A stretch of 64,000 nt of DNA. Origin: Nitrosopumilus sp. GTDB taxonomy: Archaea; Thermoproteota; Nitrososphaeria; Nitrososphaerales; Nitrosopumilaceae. How positions within the stretch are numbered: position 1 is the stretch's first letter; every line of letters starts with the position of its first letter. The translations under genes and the position numbers were made by a program. The notes beneath the pieces were generated by a model. The model worked only from the letters and a program-made list of their open reading frames with translations. It searched no databases and had not been told where the DNA came from. Below are positions 11,933-23,907 of the stretch, piece by piece. The stretch lies in contig CBDBLX010000002.1 of the NCBI GenBank assembly GCA_965207445.1, positions 1,687,849 to 1,751,848 on the forward strand, written 5' to 3'.

Positions 11933-13042
11933 TCAGGTAGAACTTTTCACTTTTTCTCGAAGTGCAGGCATAACATGACTGGCAAACTTGTCAATTGAGC
12001 CAAAATAGTTTTTGCCCCAAAATCTAATGACAAAGTGGTTTACACCAGCATCAATGAATCGCTCAAATGTGGGTATGATATCATCAGGTGTTCCAACAGC
12101 AGTAGATGATCGTGCTATAGAGTCAGGTATCTTTGTAGCTGCCTCACGCATCTTTACAATCCAATCTTGGTTTGACATGGAGTATTCTGTAAAGTATTTT
12201 CTAAAGTCAAACCCTTCGATCTCTTTTAATCCATGAACTCTGAGAATTTCAGGTTTGAATAGACTCACCTTTACTGCCTCTTTCATCCGTGCCCATGATT
12301 CTTCAGAGTCATCAGAAAAGTAGACATCTATATCAAGTGCAAACTCAAAGGTGTCTTTTTCTTGCTGTGATCGTCCATTAGCATCCATAGATGTTTTGAT
12401 TTGTTGTGCATGATCCTCAAAGAGTTCAGGAGTATATCCTATTGGAAGCCACCCATCACCTAATTTGCCTGTAAGTGCAAGTGTTCTCTTACCACCAGAT
12501 GCCATATACGTAGGTGGACGTGGCTTGCGTATTGATGGTGCCTGAAGACATGCCCCTTCTAACTTGTAGTATTGCCCAGAATAGTCCACAGTATTATCAG
12601 GAGTAGAGTCATACAGTGTATGAATTAGTTCGATCTGCTCGGCCCATTTTGATACAGGTTTGTCAAATGGTATGCAAAATTCTTTTAAGTTTTGAGCTTC
12701 ACCTGCACCGATTCCAAGAATAGCTCTGCCTTTTGAGACACGGTCAAGTGTGATAGCGGCAAGGGCAATATTAGATGGATGTCTACGGATGGCATCTGTC
12801 ACACACGTTCCAAGTTCTACATTATTTGTAACAGCAGCAATTGCAGAGAGCATTACCCACGGATCAAGTACAATTGCGTTTTTCCATTGAGGTACATTTG
12901 TGTGATCCATGTAAAATATAGAGTCATATCCAGTCTTGTCTGCAAGCATACAAGCAGTAAGTATCTGATCCTCAGTGTACCCTGCCCTAGCTACATTAAG
13001 TCCATTTTGTATGCCAAATTTGACTTTTCCTTTTTCTGCCAA
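11933..13042 (-). CDS. LLM-class flavin/F420-dependent oxidoreductase
   Basis: DPWVMLSAIAA, LGTCVT, LDRVSKGRAILGIGAG. Confidence 0.9.
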   Translation of the reverse strand: MAEKGKVKFGIQNGLNVARAGYTEDQILTACMLADKTGYDSIFYMDHTNVPQWKNAIVLDPWVMLSAIAAVTNNVELGTCVTDAIRRHPSNIALAAITLDRVSKGRAILGIGAGEAQNLKEFCIPFDKPVSKWAEQIELIHTLYDSTPDNTVDYSGQYYKLEGACLQAPSIRKPRPPTYMASGGKRTLALTGKLGDGWLPIGYTPELFEDHAQQIKTSMDANGRSQQEKDTFEFALDIDVYFSDDSEESWARMKEAVKVSLFKPEILRVHGLKEIEGFDFRKYFTEYSMSNQDWIVKMREAATKIPDSIARSSTAVGTPDDIIPTFERFIDAGVNHFVIRFWGKNYFGSIDKFASHVMPALREKVKSST

Positions 13043-13210
13043 TTATTATAGACACAGATACAACAATAAAAAAGTGTATCGATGCACAGATAATAAACAC
13101 TCAAGTATCAGCTCAGGTCAAATTTATACCCATTTGGAGACGACCTTGCCGCCGTATTGGTCAATCAAGCATGTATGGGGTGAAACGGGACCGTATGGAT
13201 GTCGCGGGTT

Positions 13211-13289
13211 GTAACCGTTCAACTTCTTTCCAAATTTAGGCACAGATTCATTGCATAACATGGAGCAGGTACAAGGATTGAACGGTTAC
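13211..13289. mobile_element. MITE family A copy with 9-bp TSD
   Basis: TIR GTAACCGTTCAA; TCGCGGGTT on both sides. Confidence 0.9.
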
Positions 13290-13299
13290 TCGCGGGTTC

Positions 13300-13730
13300 T
13301 GTCCTGTTGTCAGTGTGCGGCTCCGTTCCCCTGCTGAGCCGAAGATCGGCAGAGGTATGCCGACGTTGAAGATACCCCATGTTGGATCTTTTGCTATGTC
13401 CATAACGGCCTTGTATGAGATGGTGCCGTTCTTTTTACAGGTGGCAACGACAGTTTTCATTAGAGAAAAGTTGTAGGCGCTCACTGCATCGAGAATGCAA
13501 TGCGGCGACGGTCGACGATGACGTTGTCGTGTATTGACAACTCGTTGCCGTTGTTGTTATTATTGTTACCGTTGTTGTTACCGTTGTTGTCGTGGAGGGC
13601 CATGCATGATACCCGGAGTGGAGTAAACATGTGGTGCAGCGCGTTTGACACGGTCGTGGTGACCGCGTCAGGAGGTGCCATCTCAAGAGCATTCTGGACG
13701 CGTTTGGTGAGTCTGCGGATCTGCTGTTCA
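13300..13730 (-). pseudogene. IS66-family transposase C-terminal relic
   Basis: TCKKNG...WGIFNVGIPLPI aligns with TCRKNG...WDIFTSGIPPPI of the IS66 transposase at 14294-16333; frameshifted. Confidence 0.7.
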
Positions 13731-13733
13731 ATG

Positions 13734-13814
13734 GTAACCGTTCAACCCCTTCTCAAATTTAGGTACAAATTCACCGCCTAACGTCTGGCGCAGGCACATG
13801 GTTTGAGCGGTTAC
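13734..13814. mobile_element. MITE family A copy
   Basis: TIRs; near-identical to 53800-53880. Confidence 0.85.
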
Positions 13815-13979
13815 TGATCTAGGAACGCAAACATGTACATCACCCATCACTGCAACATGTCGAGCACCTTAGCATGTTCGGATCGTCTATGTTCCTGCCA
13901 CTGTACATTCTCTCCATTCAAACACATATCTACAAGTAATACAATGCATATACATGACTCCAGATCCAAACAGTGTTAT

Positions 13980-16529
13980 GTAAGCGTTCAGGTCTAATTA
14001 TTGATGATCATAAGCAGGCACGCCTGCACGGGTCAATTAATGATATCACAGAGGATAATCCAGAATTGAGTGTGTCTAGATGAAAGGTGATGGGTGCGAT
14101 AATCCAAATTGTAAGTCATGTAAATTTTAGCAGTTGATATGATGTCAAACTTTAGGTGTTGTGATTAAATGATGCAGGTAAGTTGACCATGTAGATGAAT
14201 AAATTTTTGTTATTTGGTCATATCGTGACATGTCGTGCGGCAACGTAGAGTCCGCATGAAAACATGGAATTCCTTGCAATCATACTTTGATAGTTACGGA
14301 CGTATACTGTCTTCAGTAGATTGCTTTGTGTTTGTCATTATCGGCGGAGGTATTCCAGATGTGAAGATGTCCCAAGCTTTATCTGCAGACATTTTGATGA
14401 TCGCATCATATGCAGATGTTCCGTTTTTTCTACAAGTTCTAAAGAATGTCTGTAATCTGCCAAAGTTGCGTGCTGCAGTCCAGTTTGGAAATGGTCCTTT
14501 TCTTTTACTTTTGGACACAAGGACATCGCGTACATTATGCTCTGTATCATTGTTGTGTAGTGGGACTCCGGGGTATTTGATGCCTGTAAATACATGATCT
14601 CTTGCATTTTTCAGTGTAGTGGCAGCCGTATCCTCTATCATGTTTGATACTTTGTCATATTTTGCCAAGAGTTGGGATATTTTTTGTTGTACGGATTGAT
14701 CCAATCCTTTTTCTTTTATGATGTTTAGGTCACATGCACTCTGCATTGGGCCCCCGGCATATGCGGTGAATGATTTTGCACTTGCTTTGGCATCTACAAA
14801 TATCTCACTGAGAAGTATGTGTCTGGTGCATTCTGGAGAATCAAACTCATTGTCCATTGCAGCATCTTCTACTTTGCGCGATATGTGTACTGTACATCGT
14901 TGAAAATCAAAGTTGTGCCAAGAGTATCCTTGGTATCCGTCACGAACATTTGGTCTGTTTGTGCCCCACTCTAGAAACATCTGCATCTCAGAGACATACT
15001 TGTGTTCTACTGCCTTGTAATGCTCTGTTTTGTTTGTATTGGCAGTTAGCATCTGTATGTTGTCTTTTTTGACTTTGTGCGGTGACTCGTCACTTTTACT
15101 GTATGGCTGCATAGAGGCCACTTCCATGATATGCACGTTTTTTGGTTGTGTGACAGATGATGTCCAGACTGTACTGTAACGAGTTTGAAGTGCCTCACTT
15201 TGGGCATACGTGTTCTCTCTAGTACGGTCATCTGCATCATAATCATCTAAAATGTCTGCACCCTTGCCCACTTTCCAACCGCCTGCAGGCTCAATAGGCA
15301 TCCGGCATAAACGCAAGTCATCTTCATCGATTACAAGTGGTTTTTCAATTGGCGAGTGTATAATTCGACTATCAACTAAATTTGCAGTTGCACTGACACA
15401 GTTTGACATGGCACCAATCGATATGTGCAGGTGTTCTCTATCTTTGATGTAACCTTGTGCAGTACGTACACTAGTGCCGCCGTTGTTGTACATGTTTATC
15501 AATGCACGCTCATTTACCAAAAATGCAGATCCGCTGATTGCATCTGTATCAGGTACGTATTCTTGACCACATTGTGGGCATATTTCATGATACCACACGT
15601 ACATCAGAGTACGCCATACTCCATCGACATCTTGGCCAAACACTCTTTTGCGCACACACGAACCCTGAATCATGTCTGCTCTGCCACAGCATGCACTCAA
15701 TCCAACTTTAAAAAGTATGGTCTTCTCGCACTTGCCCTCACGTGACTTGCCAACATGACCTGGCTGGCCTCCGGGGTTTTTTGGCAGTTTTTGTAACAGA
15801 TCACCATCCCCACTTGTCACATCCCCACTTGTCACATCCCCACTTGTCACATCCCCACTGTTCGTGTCACTGCTACTCACAGACTCGTTGCGCTTTTTGG
15901 TCAGATGAGTTGCAAGTTCTTTTTGAAACTTTGCACGTTTGTCACCATATGGCTTGGATTTGGATGGACTGCCATTATATCCATATTCTATTGCAAGTTT
16001 TTGTTGCAGTCCTGATAATTCTACCTTTAATCGCGCTACCAACTCGTCTTTGTTTTGATTTTTTGCTACAAGACCTAATATGGTCTCCACTGCCACCTCC
16101 ATTACACTCTTGAACAAATTCTCAACTGCTGTCTTTTCTTGATTTAACTTTGCATTATCATTGCGTAAAAGAACCATGTCTTGATTTAATGCAACATCTC
16201 TCTCTTTCATATAGCCAATCATATCAAACAATTCTACAATCTTGTCGTTTAATTCATCAATCGTGCAGTACGCCGCGTCTCTTTCGGCACGTATGCGATC
16301 AATCTCTAAAGGCATCACACTTGCACCTCCCATCTGATCGCATGTATCATGGTTAAATTCCCATTGTACAATATTGCATTGTTGATGTTTCTATTTGTCA
16401 TTTTTGTCGGATAATGACAAATAGCGATATCTCCTTATAACCATGTTGTCTGTATATTTAATATCGTGCTCGAGGGTTGAAACAAACGTGCCTATTTATG
16501 ATCATCAATAATTAGACCTGAACGCTTAC
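13980..16529 (-). mobile_element. IS66-family element, single-ORF type
   Basis: 34-bp perfect TIR starting GTAAGCGTTCAGG; 8-bp TSD AGTGTTAT. Confidence 0.92.
14294..16333 (-). CDS. IS66-family transposase
   Basis: N-terminal coiled coil, GGQPGH, CPQCG, QRCTVH, NNDTEHNVR. Confidence 0.85.
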   Translation of the reverse strand: MGGASVMPLEIDRIRAERDAAYCTIDELNDKIVELFDMIGYMKERDVALNQDMVLLRNDNAKLNQEKTAVENLFKSVMEVAVETILGLVAKNQNKDELVARLKVELSGLQQKLAIEYGYNGSPSKSKPYGDKRAKFQKELATHLTKKRNESVSSSDTNSGDVTSGDVTSGDVTSGDGDLLQKLPKNPGGQPGHVGKSREGKCEKTILFKVGLSACCGRADMIQGSCVRKRVFGQDVDGVWRTLMYVWYHEICPQCGQEYVPDTDAISGSAFLVNERALINMYNNGGTSVRTAQGYIKDREHLHISIGAMSNCVSATANLVDSRIIHSPIEKPLVIDEDDLRLCRMPIEPAGGWKVGKGADILDDYDADDRTRENTYAQSEALQTRYSTVWTSSVTQPKNVHIMEVASMQPYSKSDESPHKVKKDNIQMLTANTNKTEHYKAVEHKYVSEMQMFLEWGTNRPNVRDGYQGYSWHNFDFQRCTVHISRKVEDAAMDNEFDSPECTRHILLSEIFVDAKASAKSFTAYAGGPMQSACDLNIIKEKGLDQSVQQKISQLLAKYDKVSNMIEDTAATTLKNARDHVFTGIKYPGVPLHNNDTEHNVRDVLVSKSKRKGPFPNWTAARNFGRLQTFFRTCRKNGTSAYDAIIKMSADKAWDIFTSGIPPPIMTNTKQSTEDSIRP

Positions 16530-16800
16530 AGTGTTATCAGTGATGCTAAATCTATAGCAAGTAATATACAAACCGCTATAGAAGCTAAGGGTATGAACAG
16601 TATTACAACAGCATCTAACTCATTAGATGCATTAATACAAGATATTGAAGAGTTGTTACGTGATGGATGATAACACACGTGAAGTCTTAACCGAATTTAA
16701 AATTAATCAGAGCTACGAAGTGAAATTAGTACTATTACAATTGTTGTTTTGGGAAGTGAAAAATTACCTATGATTGTAGAACTAATACAGGCGATTCTCA

Positions 16801-17196
16801 ATGCGTAAATATTTTATCACAAACGCAATTATACTTGCAACCGCCTGCATTTTATTCACTCTTTCAATCATATATGATGCATCAGAACTTGCTACAACTT
16901 GGTTTGCGATTGCCATTGTAACTTATGGCATAAGATATACGGCATGGTGGAAAGAGGTATTTTATTTACAGACGATATCATTTGAAAAATCAGACAGATT
17001 TTCATCCATGAAATTTCTTATAGTAATGTGTGTTATTACAGGATTGAATATATTATTCATCATTGGTGATCATGGCAACACGCACTGGCACATCACTTCG
17101 ACTATGTTGCACGTATTTACCTTGTATAGGGCAACCATTGAGTACATGCATCAACGGTATAAGAGTCCAGAGATACTAGACAAGTGGCTCATATAG
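16801..17196 (+). CDS. Small multi-pass membrane protein
   Basis: 131 aa with about 4 hydrophobic segments. Confidence 0.55.
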   Translation: MRKYFITNAIILATACILFTLSIIYDASELATTWFAIAIVTYGIRYTAWWKEVFYLQTISFEKSDRFSSMKFLIVMCVITGLNILFIIGDHGNTHWHITSTMLHVFTLYRATIEYMHQRYKSPEILDKWLI

Positions 17197-17231
17197 AGAT
17201 ACGCCTACAAATTATCTATACACATACACTG

Positions 17232-17483
17232 TCAGTCCGAATCATAGACGGCCTTGTGATCCCCCACGGCAAGTAGTATGATTCAATCTGGGTACACCGT
17301 GTACATCAGTCAATTGCTTTTGTTCAACCTGTATGTGTAAGTATTACTGTGTCTCTTAAATTCCCCTAATTCCTGTGGGTTGTCTGAATCCAGCATGTCT
17401 GCTAGCGCGTATTCGACAAGTCTTTTTACAGATGAATCCAGCTTCTTGTATTGTTTCTTATACTTGGCCTTGTACTCAATCAT
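17232..17483 (-). pseudogene. RelE-family toxin pseudogene with two in-frame TGA stops
   Basis: Manual translation: MIEYKAKYKKQYKKLD...YRLNKSN*LMYTVYPD*IILLAVGDHKAVYDSD. Confidence 0.75.
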
Positions 17484-17885
17484 TCGCTTCAGGATCTTTT
17501 ATCATGCCCTCCACGCTACTGTACATTGTAGGCTCTTCTAGATTCGTATGATACTCAATTGCCACACCGAGCCCGTTAAACGTCTCTTCCAAGTCGTCAC
17601 CGTTCGAATTCAGGTAGATGTATCTCTTCATGTCAAATAGTACGTTGTCGCGGTTCAGTATATGGCCGATTCGTCATTCGGCCTTGCTTGTAGCGCTTTA
17701 TCATAGCACTCCATGGCTTTCTCATACATGCCCAGCCTGACAAATGCGACCCCCATGCCCACTAGCGCCCCGGCATCATTGGGTCTGATCTTCAGCGCCG
17801 ATTCATAGTATTGGGCATCTGGATTCTCCCACCATGGATTTGATTCTCGTAGTATGCTTTCATGAATCATATGTTCTGTTGACAA
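17476..17885 (-). pseudogene. Frameshifted TPR-containing gene upstream of the RelE relic
   Basis: TPR motif (ALVGMGVAFVRLGMYEKAMECYDKAL) continues in another frame as NRDNVLFDMKRY...VEGMIKDPEAND. Confidence 0.6.
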
Positions 17886-17944
17886 TTATATTATATATTG
17901 TTTTAATATTACTGTGATGTTTTTTATATGTGGGTGTTCACTAA

Positions 17945-18072
17945 TACTGAATGGTTCTTTATATGTAGTTGATCACATCTACTGAATGGTTCTTTATATG
18001 TAGTTGATCACATCTACTGAATGGTTCTTTATATGTAGTTGATCACATCTACTGAATGGTTCTTTATATGTA
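17945..18072. repeat. 35-bp tandem repeat, about 3.6 copies
   Basis: Unit TACTGAATGGTTCTTTATATGTAGTTGATCACATC, no spacers. Confidence 0.95.
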
Positions 18073-18091
18073 ATAATGCAGAGTTATCTGT

Positions 18092-18231
18092 GTGAACCAA
18101 GCTCTATGACTGATAGGGTCATTAAAAATAGCACCAAGTCAAGCGTCACGCAGATGCAGAATTATACAAGCAGGGATGTGACTAAATAGAGATATGTGAT
18201 TTTATTATTGTGTCCAAAGAGCTTGGTTCAT
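18092..18231. mobile_element. About 140-bp MITE, family C (TGAACCAAGCTC TIRs)
   Basis: TIRs; homologues at 30669-30812 and 21552-21712. Confidence 0.7.
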
Positions 18232-18249
18232 ACAAAATTATTTACAATG

Positions 18250-18393
18250 GGTGATTTATGGATTCAATTGCCAGATTGATCAGAGGACTGCTTTGATGGG
18301 AATTAAAATGTGATAGTTACTTGCCATTGTAAATCTGTCGCACTGTATAATCAAAAATAAGATCATTGGAATTTGACACATTGCAAACTGCTG
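18250..18393. repeat. Dispersed ~145-bp IS-end relic, IS481-like terminus
   Basis: Homologous to 26786-26932 (reverse complement) and 51289-51430. Confidence 0.75.
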
Positions 18394-18935
18394 TATTTGA
18401 GTATTCCATACATTTATATCTATATAACATATTTTCAGTACCTGTTATCATTTCTTTGAGATTATTTACCCTTTCTAAAGCAGCAGCTACTTCTTGACTA
18501 AGATCCATATAATCATTTTCTATAGATTTAAGATTATGTTCTTTATCTTTTAATTCTTCTTGTGCTATACGTAAATCTTCTATAAAAGTGTCATGGGCTT
18601 TTTGTATGATAAATCTTTCGTTTTCATCTAACATATTGTAGTTATTAGAAATATTTTTAAAAGTGTCATACTCTATTAAAGTATGGCAAATATAGCAGAA
18701 TTGCGTGAAATGGAATCTCAACTCAAAGACCCAGAGGCAAAAGCACTCTTACAGAAAGCTATCAAGTTTTATGAATCTTGGTGAAGACATTTTTTATTTT
18801 TTTAGTAACTATTTTGCTTTTTGAAGTGCACATATAAACTAAAAGATCATGTGTATTTTTCTGACCATGGTAATCTCGGCATTGTGTATTTATATATAAT
18901 CAGTTGGCAATGATAACACGCAGTTGATTATAATG

Positions 18936-20690
18936 TGCATAGTGATTTCATTAAAGATCCGATAGTTTTTAGACATTCTTATAATCATATATTGGGAAAT
19001 CAGGCAGGCCCCATGTTGTAATCCATACATGCTTCATGATTTTCACATGGGCATGTGTATGCCAGCCGTGTATTTAGGCGTGGCAAAGGGTATGTGCGCA
19101 GCCGTCCTGATCATAGTGCGATCTGTGCGTCGCACAGCCACACCCGGACCCACCTAGTTCGCGTAATATGCAGTTCATGTAGCCCGGAGTTCGGATATGA
19201 GTGCGTTGTTCTTTGCATCTTGTATGGCATTGCGCATGTACTCTAGCAGTCTGACTGTACCTACCTCGCCTTTTTCCATCATGTGTAGTATGGACTTTTG
19301 AATCTCTGGAAAACCACCCTTGTAGTATCTGCCTGCCAGTGCGCGCTTTATCTCGCGCCATTGGATCTCTATGAGATTGTGTTGAGGGGTATATGGCGGC
19401 AAGTACCATAGTGCGACTTGGTCCCTTGTCTGTTCCAGATACTGTTTGATGTCTTTGGACTTGTGTACGCAGATGTATTGTCACATATGACAAATACCTT
19501 GCCGTACTTTTCTCGGAGCATCTCCAACAGTTTTATGACGTTTACAGTATTTGCACTGTCGCAAAAGTGCAGGTGGCATGTACTGGCCCCGAGTGCACCC
19601 AACATTTTCATGCTCGTTTTTGAAAAGTTGACCTTTACAGTCTCAGAGCCTCCCCGGGGATATAGTCCGCGCGCGACAAACGGCGAGTTTGTGATTGCAG
19701 AAGCGTCCATACAGAACACCTCATAGCCGGCGCGGGCGTGCGCCATGATGGCGCGTATTGTGTTGTGTACATAATGCAGTTCTTCTAATGGACTGGCAGA
19801 CTTGTGGTGAATTGGCCTGTGGGTATTCTTATTGAAAAGCACATCCTGTGAGCTAGCGCCAGGGCTCCGGTCCACGTGTACTGGACGTCAAAAATGTTTC
19901 CCAGATGCAATGCAAACAAGGCCAGCAGTCCATGTCCCACGCTCAAAGCCGCACTGCATCGGCTCTTTACTCAGATCGGCCTTTGCCTGTTCTTGTTGTT
20001 CTTTTGTGAGTCTGCACGGCCTACTGGGGGCTCTTGCGGTCATATCTGCCCTCCAAGCCCTCTGATTGTAGCCTGTTGAGCCACTCAGATATGACGCTCT
20101 GGCTGCGTCCGAGCTGGGCGGCTATTGCAGACTCACTCTTGCCCTTTTTTCGTCCAACTGCCGCCTGCAGTCTGTCCCGGGACTTGCCCGGAGGCTCTTT
20201 GCGGTAGGCGGCTTTTAGATCTTCCAGGGACACGTCGGGCATGAACCCGTCCCCTCTTTCTACATAGGCTGTCTTCAAAAAATACGCACCTCGTCGATGC
20301 CGCAAGACGATCTACCTGCAGAGTCGTTAAATATGGCATCGACGAGTACTAGTCGATGTACCATTTTTTTTGTTTTTCATCAAACACTAATGGCCACATC
20401 GCCTTTTGACACTCGAGGTCAAATTAGTTAAACCAAATGATCAAAAGTTACTTAATACCTGCCACTGGACATACACACCAATTTCTCACCTCTCTTCTGG
20501 GCAAGACCGTCTACAGGGTTTAAAGACTGCTCATACTGGACATACACACCAATTTCTCACCTCTCTTCTGGCCACCACACGGTATCTGCTACACATAGTG
20601 CCAATTACGTCTATTTTTCCACTCCGTACCCGCCTGCCTAGCCGAAATCGCCTGCAAAAACCATCGGATCTTTAATGAAATTACTACGCA
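18936..20690 (-). mobile_element. TIR-bounded segment containing a decayed IS630-family transposase
   Basis: Inverted TTTCATTAAAGATCCGAT ends; HTH fragment (20021-20305) and DDE fragments (CMDAS, CDNTSAY, PPYTPQHNLIEIQW). Confidence 0.75.
19175..20305 (-). pseudogene. IS630-family transposase, multiply frameshifted
   Basis: PPYTPQHNLIE resembles the IS630 PPYSPELNPIE motif; split over at least 3 frames. Confidence 0.8.
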
Positions 20691-20782
20691 TACGTGATAC
20701 GATTCCTGTTTTTGTTATAAACATGTAGTTGGTCTGGTTAATAATAAGTGGTTGTATAAGGTATGCTGACTTATATAATACA

Positions 20783-20845
20783 TAAAAACACATGTACAAA
20801 AACACATGTACAAAAACACATGTACAAAAACACATGTACAAAAAT
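20783..20845. repeat. 14-bp tandem repeat
   Basis: (AAAAACACATGTAC) x4. Confidence 0.9.
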
Positions 20846-20991
20846 ATATACACATAAAACATACATAAAAACACATACACACAACACTACTGCCAAATGT
20901 GGTGTTTGTGTTATAGTAGAGACAGTTCGGTCAATTTTTCACATACCTCGCATCGGCGATAAATACTTGGTTTACAAGTAAAAACCATTAG

Positions 20992-21522
20992 TCATTTCCG
21001 TTTTAATTCCCATTCAGGAACCACCCACACACCAGGTTTTACTGTCTCGGCCCAATAAATTTTATTTGTAAACTTGTATTTTTGTACAGTTCGTCTCCAA
21101 ACAGTTGCAACTCGAACATCAAACTCTTCTCCACATATTACATCATTTTTCATGTATTTGAGTAAACGATGCACAGTTACACCAGTATCCAATACATCAT
21201 CGATAATTAAAATATTCTTCTTATATTCATTTTTGATGTATAAAGATGCATTAGAAAATTGGTCTGGGTCAAGATGTACTTGTTTTGCAAGTTTTTCTCC
21301 ACCCTCTGTATATTGCCACATTCGTATATGTTTTAGTGGTATTTGCAAGTCATGTTTTATTGCAATTTTTGATCTAATGTACTCTGATGGAATAATTCCA
21401 CCTCTGTCTATGCATAAAATTACATCAGGAATCCAATAAAGAGTCATCTCATCGACCAATCTATGGCACATTTTACAGATAGAATCATAACTCACATTTA
21501 CTTTGGTTAGTTTCATTATCAT
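20992..21522 (-). CDS. Type I phosphoribosyltransferase, purine PRT-like
   Basis: IDRGGIIP, PRPP motif ILIIDDVLDTGVT, WVVPEWE. Confidence 0.85.
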   Translation of the reverse strand: MIMKLTKVNVSYDSICKMCHRLVDEMTLYWIPDVILCIDRGGIIPSEYIRSKIAIKHDLQIPLKHIRMWQYTEGGEKLAKQVHLDPDQFSNASLYIKNEYKKNILIIDDVLDTGVTVHRLLKYMKNDVICGEEFDVRVATVWRRTVQKYKFTNKIYWAETVKPGVWVVPEWELKRK

Positions 21523-21837
21523 TGATGTGCATATGTTGTAATAATAATAACGCGAACCAAGCTTTCGTGTGAATCAATCTCTTTGGATGCACTAATGAAA
21601 TTATATACTTTGTTTGGTCACATCCTTAACTACATATCAAATATCGTGCATGTAATGCGTTGGGCTAGCAGTTATTTTTGAATAATCATACAAGTTATGG
21701 ATCGTGGTTCACACAATTATGTTGCACGTGCTTTGTTTTTTGTATGATGTAGTATAATATAATATATAAAATATGATTAATTATTTATATGTCATGCAGA
21801 TAAATAATTGCAAAGATAAAGTCTCACATGCAACACA

Positions 21838-23511
21838 GTGGTTGGTGCGTAATTCATCAAATCGCCACCTGTATCGTACTTGCAAAGCCATCTGCAAATA
21901 TCACCAAAGTTTTATGTACATATATTTAATAAGCTCATATATAAAAGTATATGCGCGCATACCAAAAGTTACTTATAGGGGCATCCCAATTGAATAATTA
22001 CAGTATGTACAAAGGGGATGCTAAACAACGTTGACTAGCCAATGTTATCAACGTATCGTTTGTGAAGTGTGGTGGAACGACGACATATGGTGGGCTGCCA
22101 CAACATACTATGCTACACAGAATGGCGCCCATTACAATGCATGGTTTGTGATGAATATGGCGTATGCTTGTTGTTTGTGTAAATTTAGTGGGTGGGTCTC
22201 AAATAAGAACAGATTATGGAGGCAGACCGTACAGTGACAGAACAGCACAAGCGACGCGAAGGTTATTGGCAGTATTACGAACAGGCACGCAAATCTGAGC
22301 CGGATTTTATGCGCAAGACCTTGTTGTCAGCGATACGAAAAAACCCACATCCGTGCAAGGAAAAGAAAACAAATAGAGGATGCAAGCCGGTACACTCTCG
22401 TGACAAGATGGATTTTTTATGTCTTTTAAAAGTTGCAAAAAATATTCCTTTTCGTGATGTGGTAAATGATCTTGGACATATGCATGATGAATGGGTTGAC
22501 GAGCCGAAGCCTGATTATAGTTGGGTAACCAAACATATGCAAACAATTGATCTCGACTGGCTTGATTCTATTTTGGCATATACTGCCAATATGTGTCTAA
22601 CTGAACTTAAAAAATCGGGGACAGATCCGGTACCGATAAAAGGTAAAGAGACCATACTTACGCACGGATCCGAGGATTTTGAGAGCGGTAAACAAGACGT
22701 AAAACAAGAACCTACAGCTCCAATTGGGATAGACAGTAGTGGGGTAGAGACTGATAGGTACGAAAAACAAGAAAGACCTAATCATGTACTACAAGACTTT
22801 GAGCCGACACGCGTCAAGACGTACCTAAAATATCACATTACTGCGATAACAGGACACCAGATCATACTTGCATCATACACAACTCCAAGCAATGTGAGTG
22901 ACACGTCAATGCTTCCATATATGGTCAGCTTTCTCACAAAAAACTATACACAGATTGAAGAACGCTTATTCAACGGAGACAAGGGATACGACTCGGATCA
23001 AAATTGCGAGACAATATTCAATGCAAACATGAAACCGAACATAAAACAGCGCAATCACACAGATGGCGCAGGTCATACAAACCGTGGTAAACCAAGCAGA
23101 AAAAAAGCAGCAGAGATCTTTGACCAAGATGCATACAAACAACGCGCACTTATCGAGGCAATATTTGGAGCAGAAGAGACAAAAAATCACAGGCTGCACT
23201 GTCGTATGCGTCTGGCCAAAAACAGAAAGCGATTTGGTAAAATACTATCAATTGCATGGAATATCAACGTCCTGAACAGATTTATCTGCGCTCATGAAAA
23301 AGGGCAAAAGATTCCATCATACGAATGATAGTGACTGCTATCACACTTGCACGTTTCATATTCTATAATCCATGTCTGCCAAAACACACATGCATATTCA
23401 AAAACGAAACGCACTATAGATAGATTCCAGTCTTTTGTAGATTGAATGTGCAATAAACCAAGTTCACAGACGGGTCACAGGCAGGTCTAATGTCAATTAC
23501 GCACCAACCTC
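21838..23511 (+). mobile_element. IS5/IS4-like (DDE_Tnp_1) insertion sequence, intact
   Basis: TIR G(A/T)GGTTGGTGCGTAATT; 9-bp TSD TGCAACACA (21829-21837, 23512-23520). Confidence 0.9.
22216..23328 (+). CDS. DDE transposase, IS5/IS4-like
   Basis: GIDSSG, GDKGYDSD, YKQRALIEAIFG. Confidence 0.88.
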   Translation: MEADRTVTEQHKRREGYWQYYEQARKSEPDFMRKTLLSAIRKNPHPCKEKKTNRGCKPVHSRDKMDFLCLLKVAKNIPFRDVVNDLGHMHDEWVDEPKPDYSWVTKHMQTIDLDWLDSILAYTANMCLTELKKSGTDPVPIKGKETILTHGSEDFESGKQDVKQEPTAPIGIDSSGVETDRYEKQERPNHVLQDFEPTRVKTYLKYHITAITGHQIILASYTTPSNVSDTSMLPYMVSFLTKNYTQIEERLFNGDKGYDSDQNCETIFNANMKPNIKQRNHTDGAGHTNRGKPSRKKAAEIFDQDAYKQRALIEAIFGAEETKNHRLHCRMRLAKNRKRFGKILSIAWNINVLNRFICAHEKGQKIPSYE

Positions 23512-23907
23512 TGCAACACAACTAAATTTAAAAATATGTATGTTATTATATGCATTATTTTTTAATACCATACAAACCATATTGCCACCACAAGAACGAA
23601 ATCACATAAAAATAATTATAATCCATTGCCAAATTTATCATGATCACATTAGACAATCATTATATTATAATTAAAAGTACATATATATCATCACACATAG
23701 TATTTGGAATTATTCCAGATAATTGACAATGACTAACCAATCCAATTCAAAAATGCGCATAATATTATTTGACGCAATTTGTAGTTTTTTTACACAAGTG
23801 TATTTTTAAAAGTATTAAAGCAAAAGTTTAGTTTGAAATTTTTGAGTTAACTGCGTTCATATAGAAAAATAATAATAATAATTATAATAATAAAAAAAAA
23901 GTAGAGA

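Noticed and set aside
17945..18072. Possible CRISPR array (35-bp repeats)
   Set aside because: Units are head-to-tail with no spacers, and no cas genes are in the window.
20464..20571. 37-bp direct repeat pair
   Set aside because: Only two copies inside a decayed element; consistent with a local duplication.
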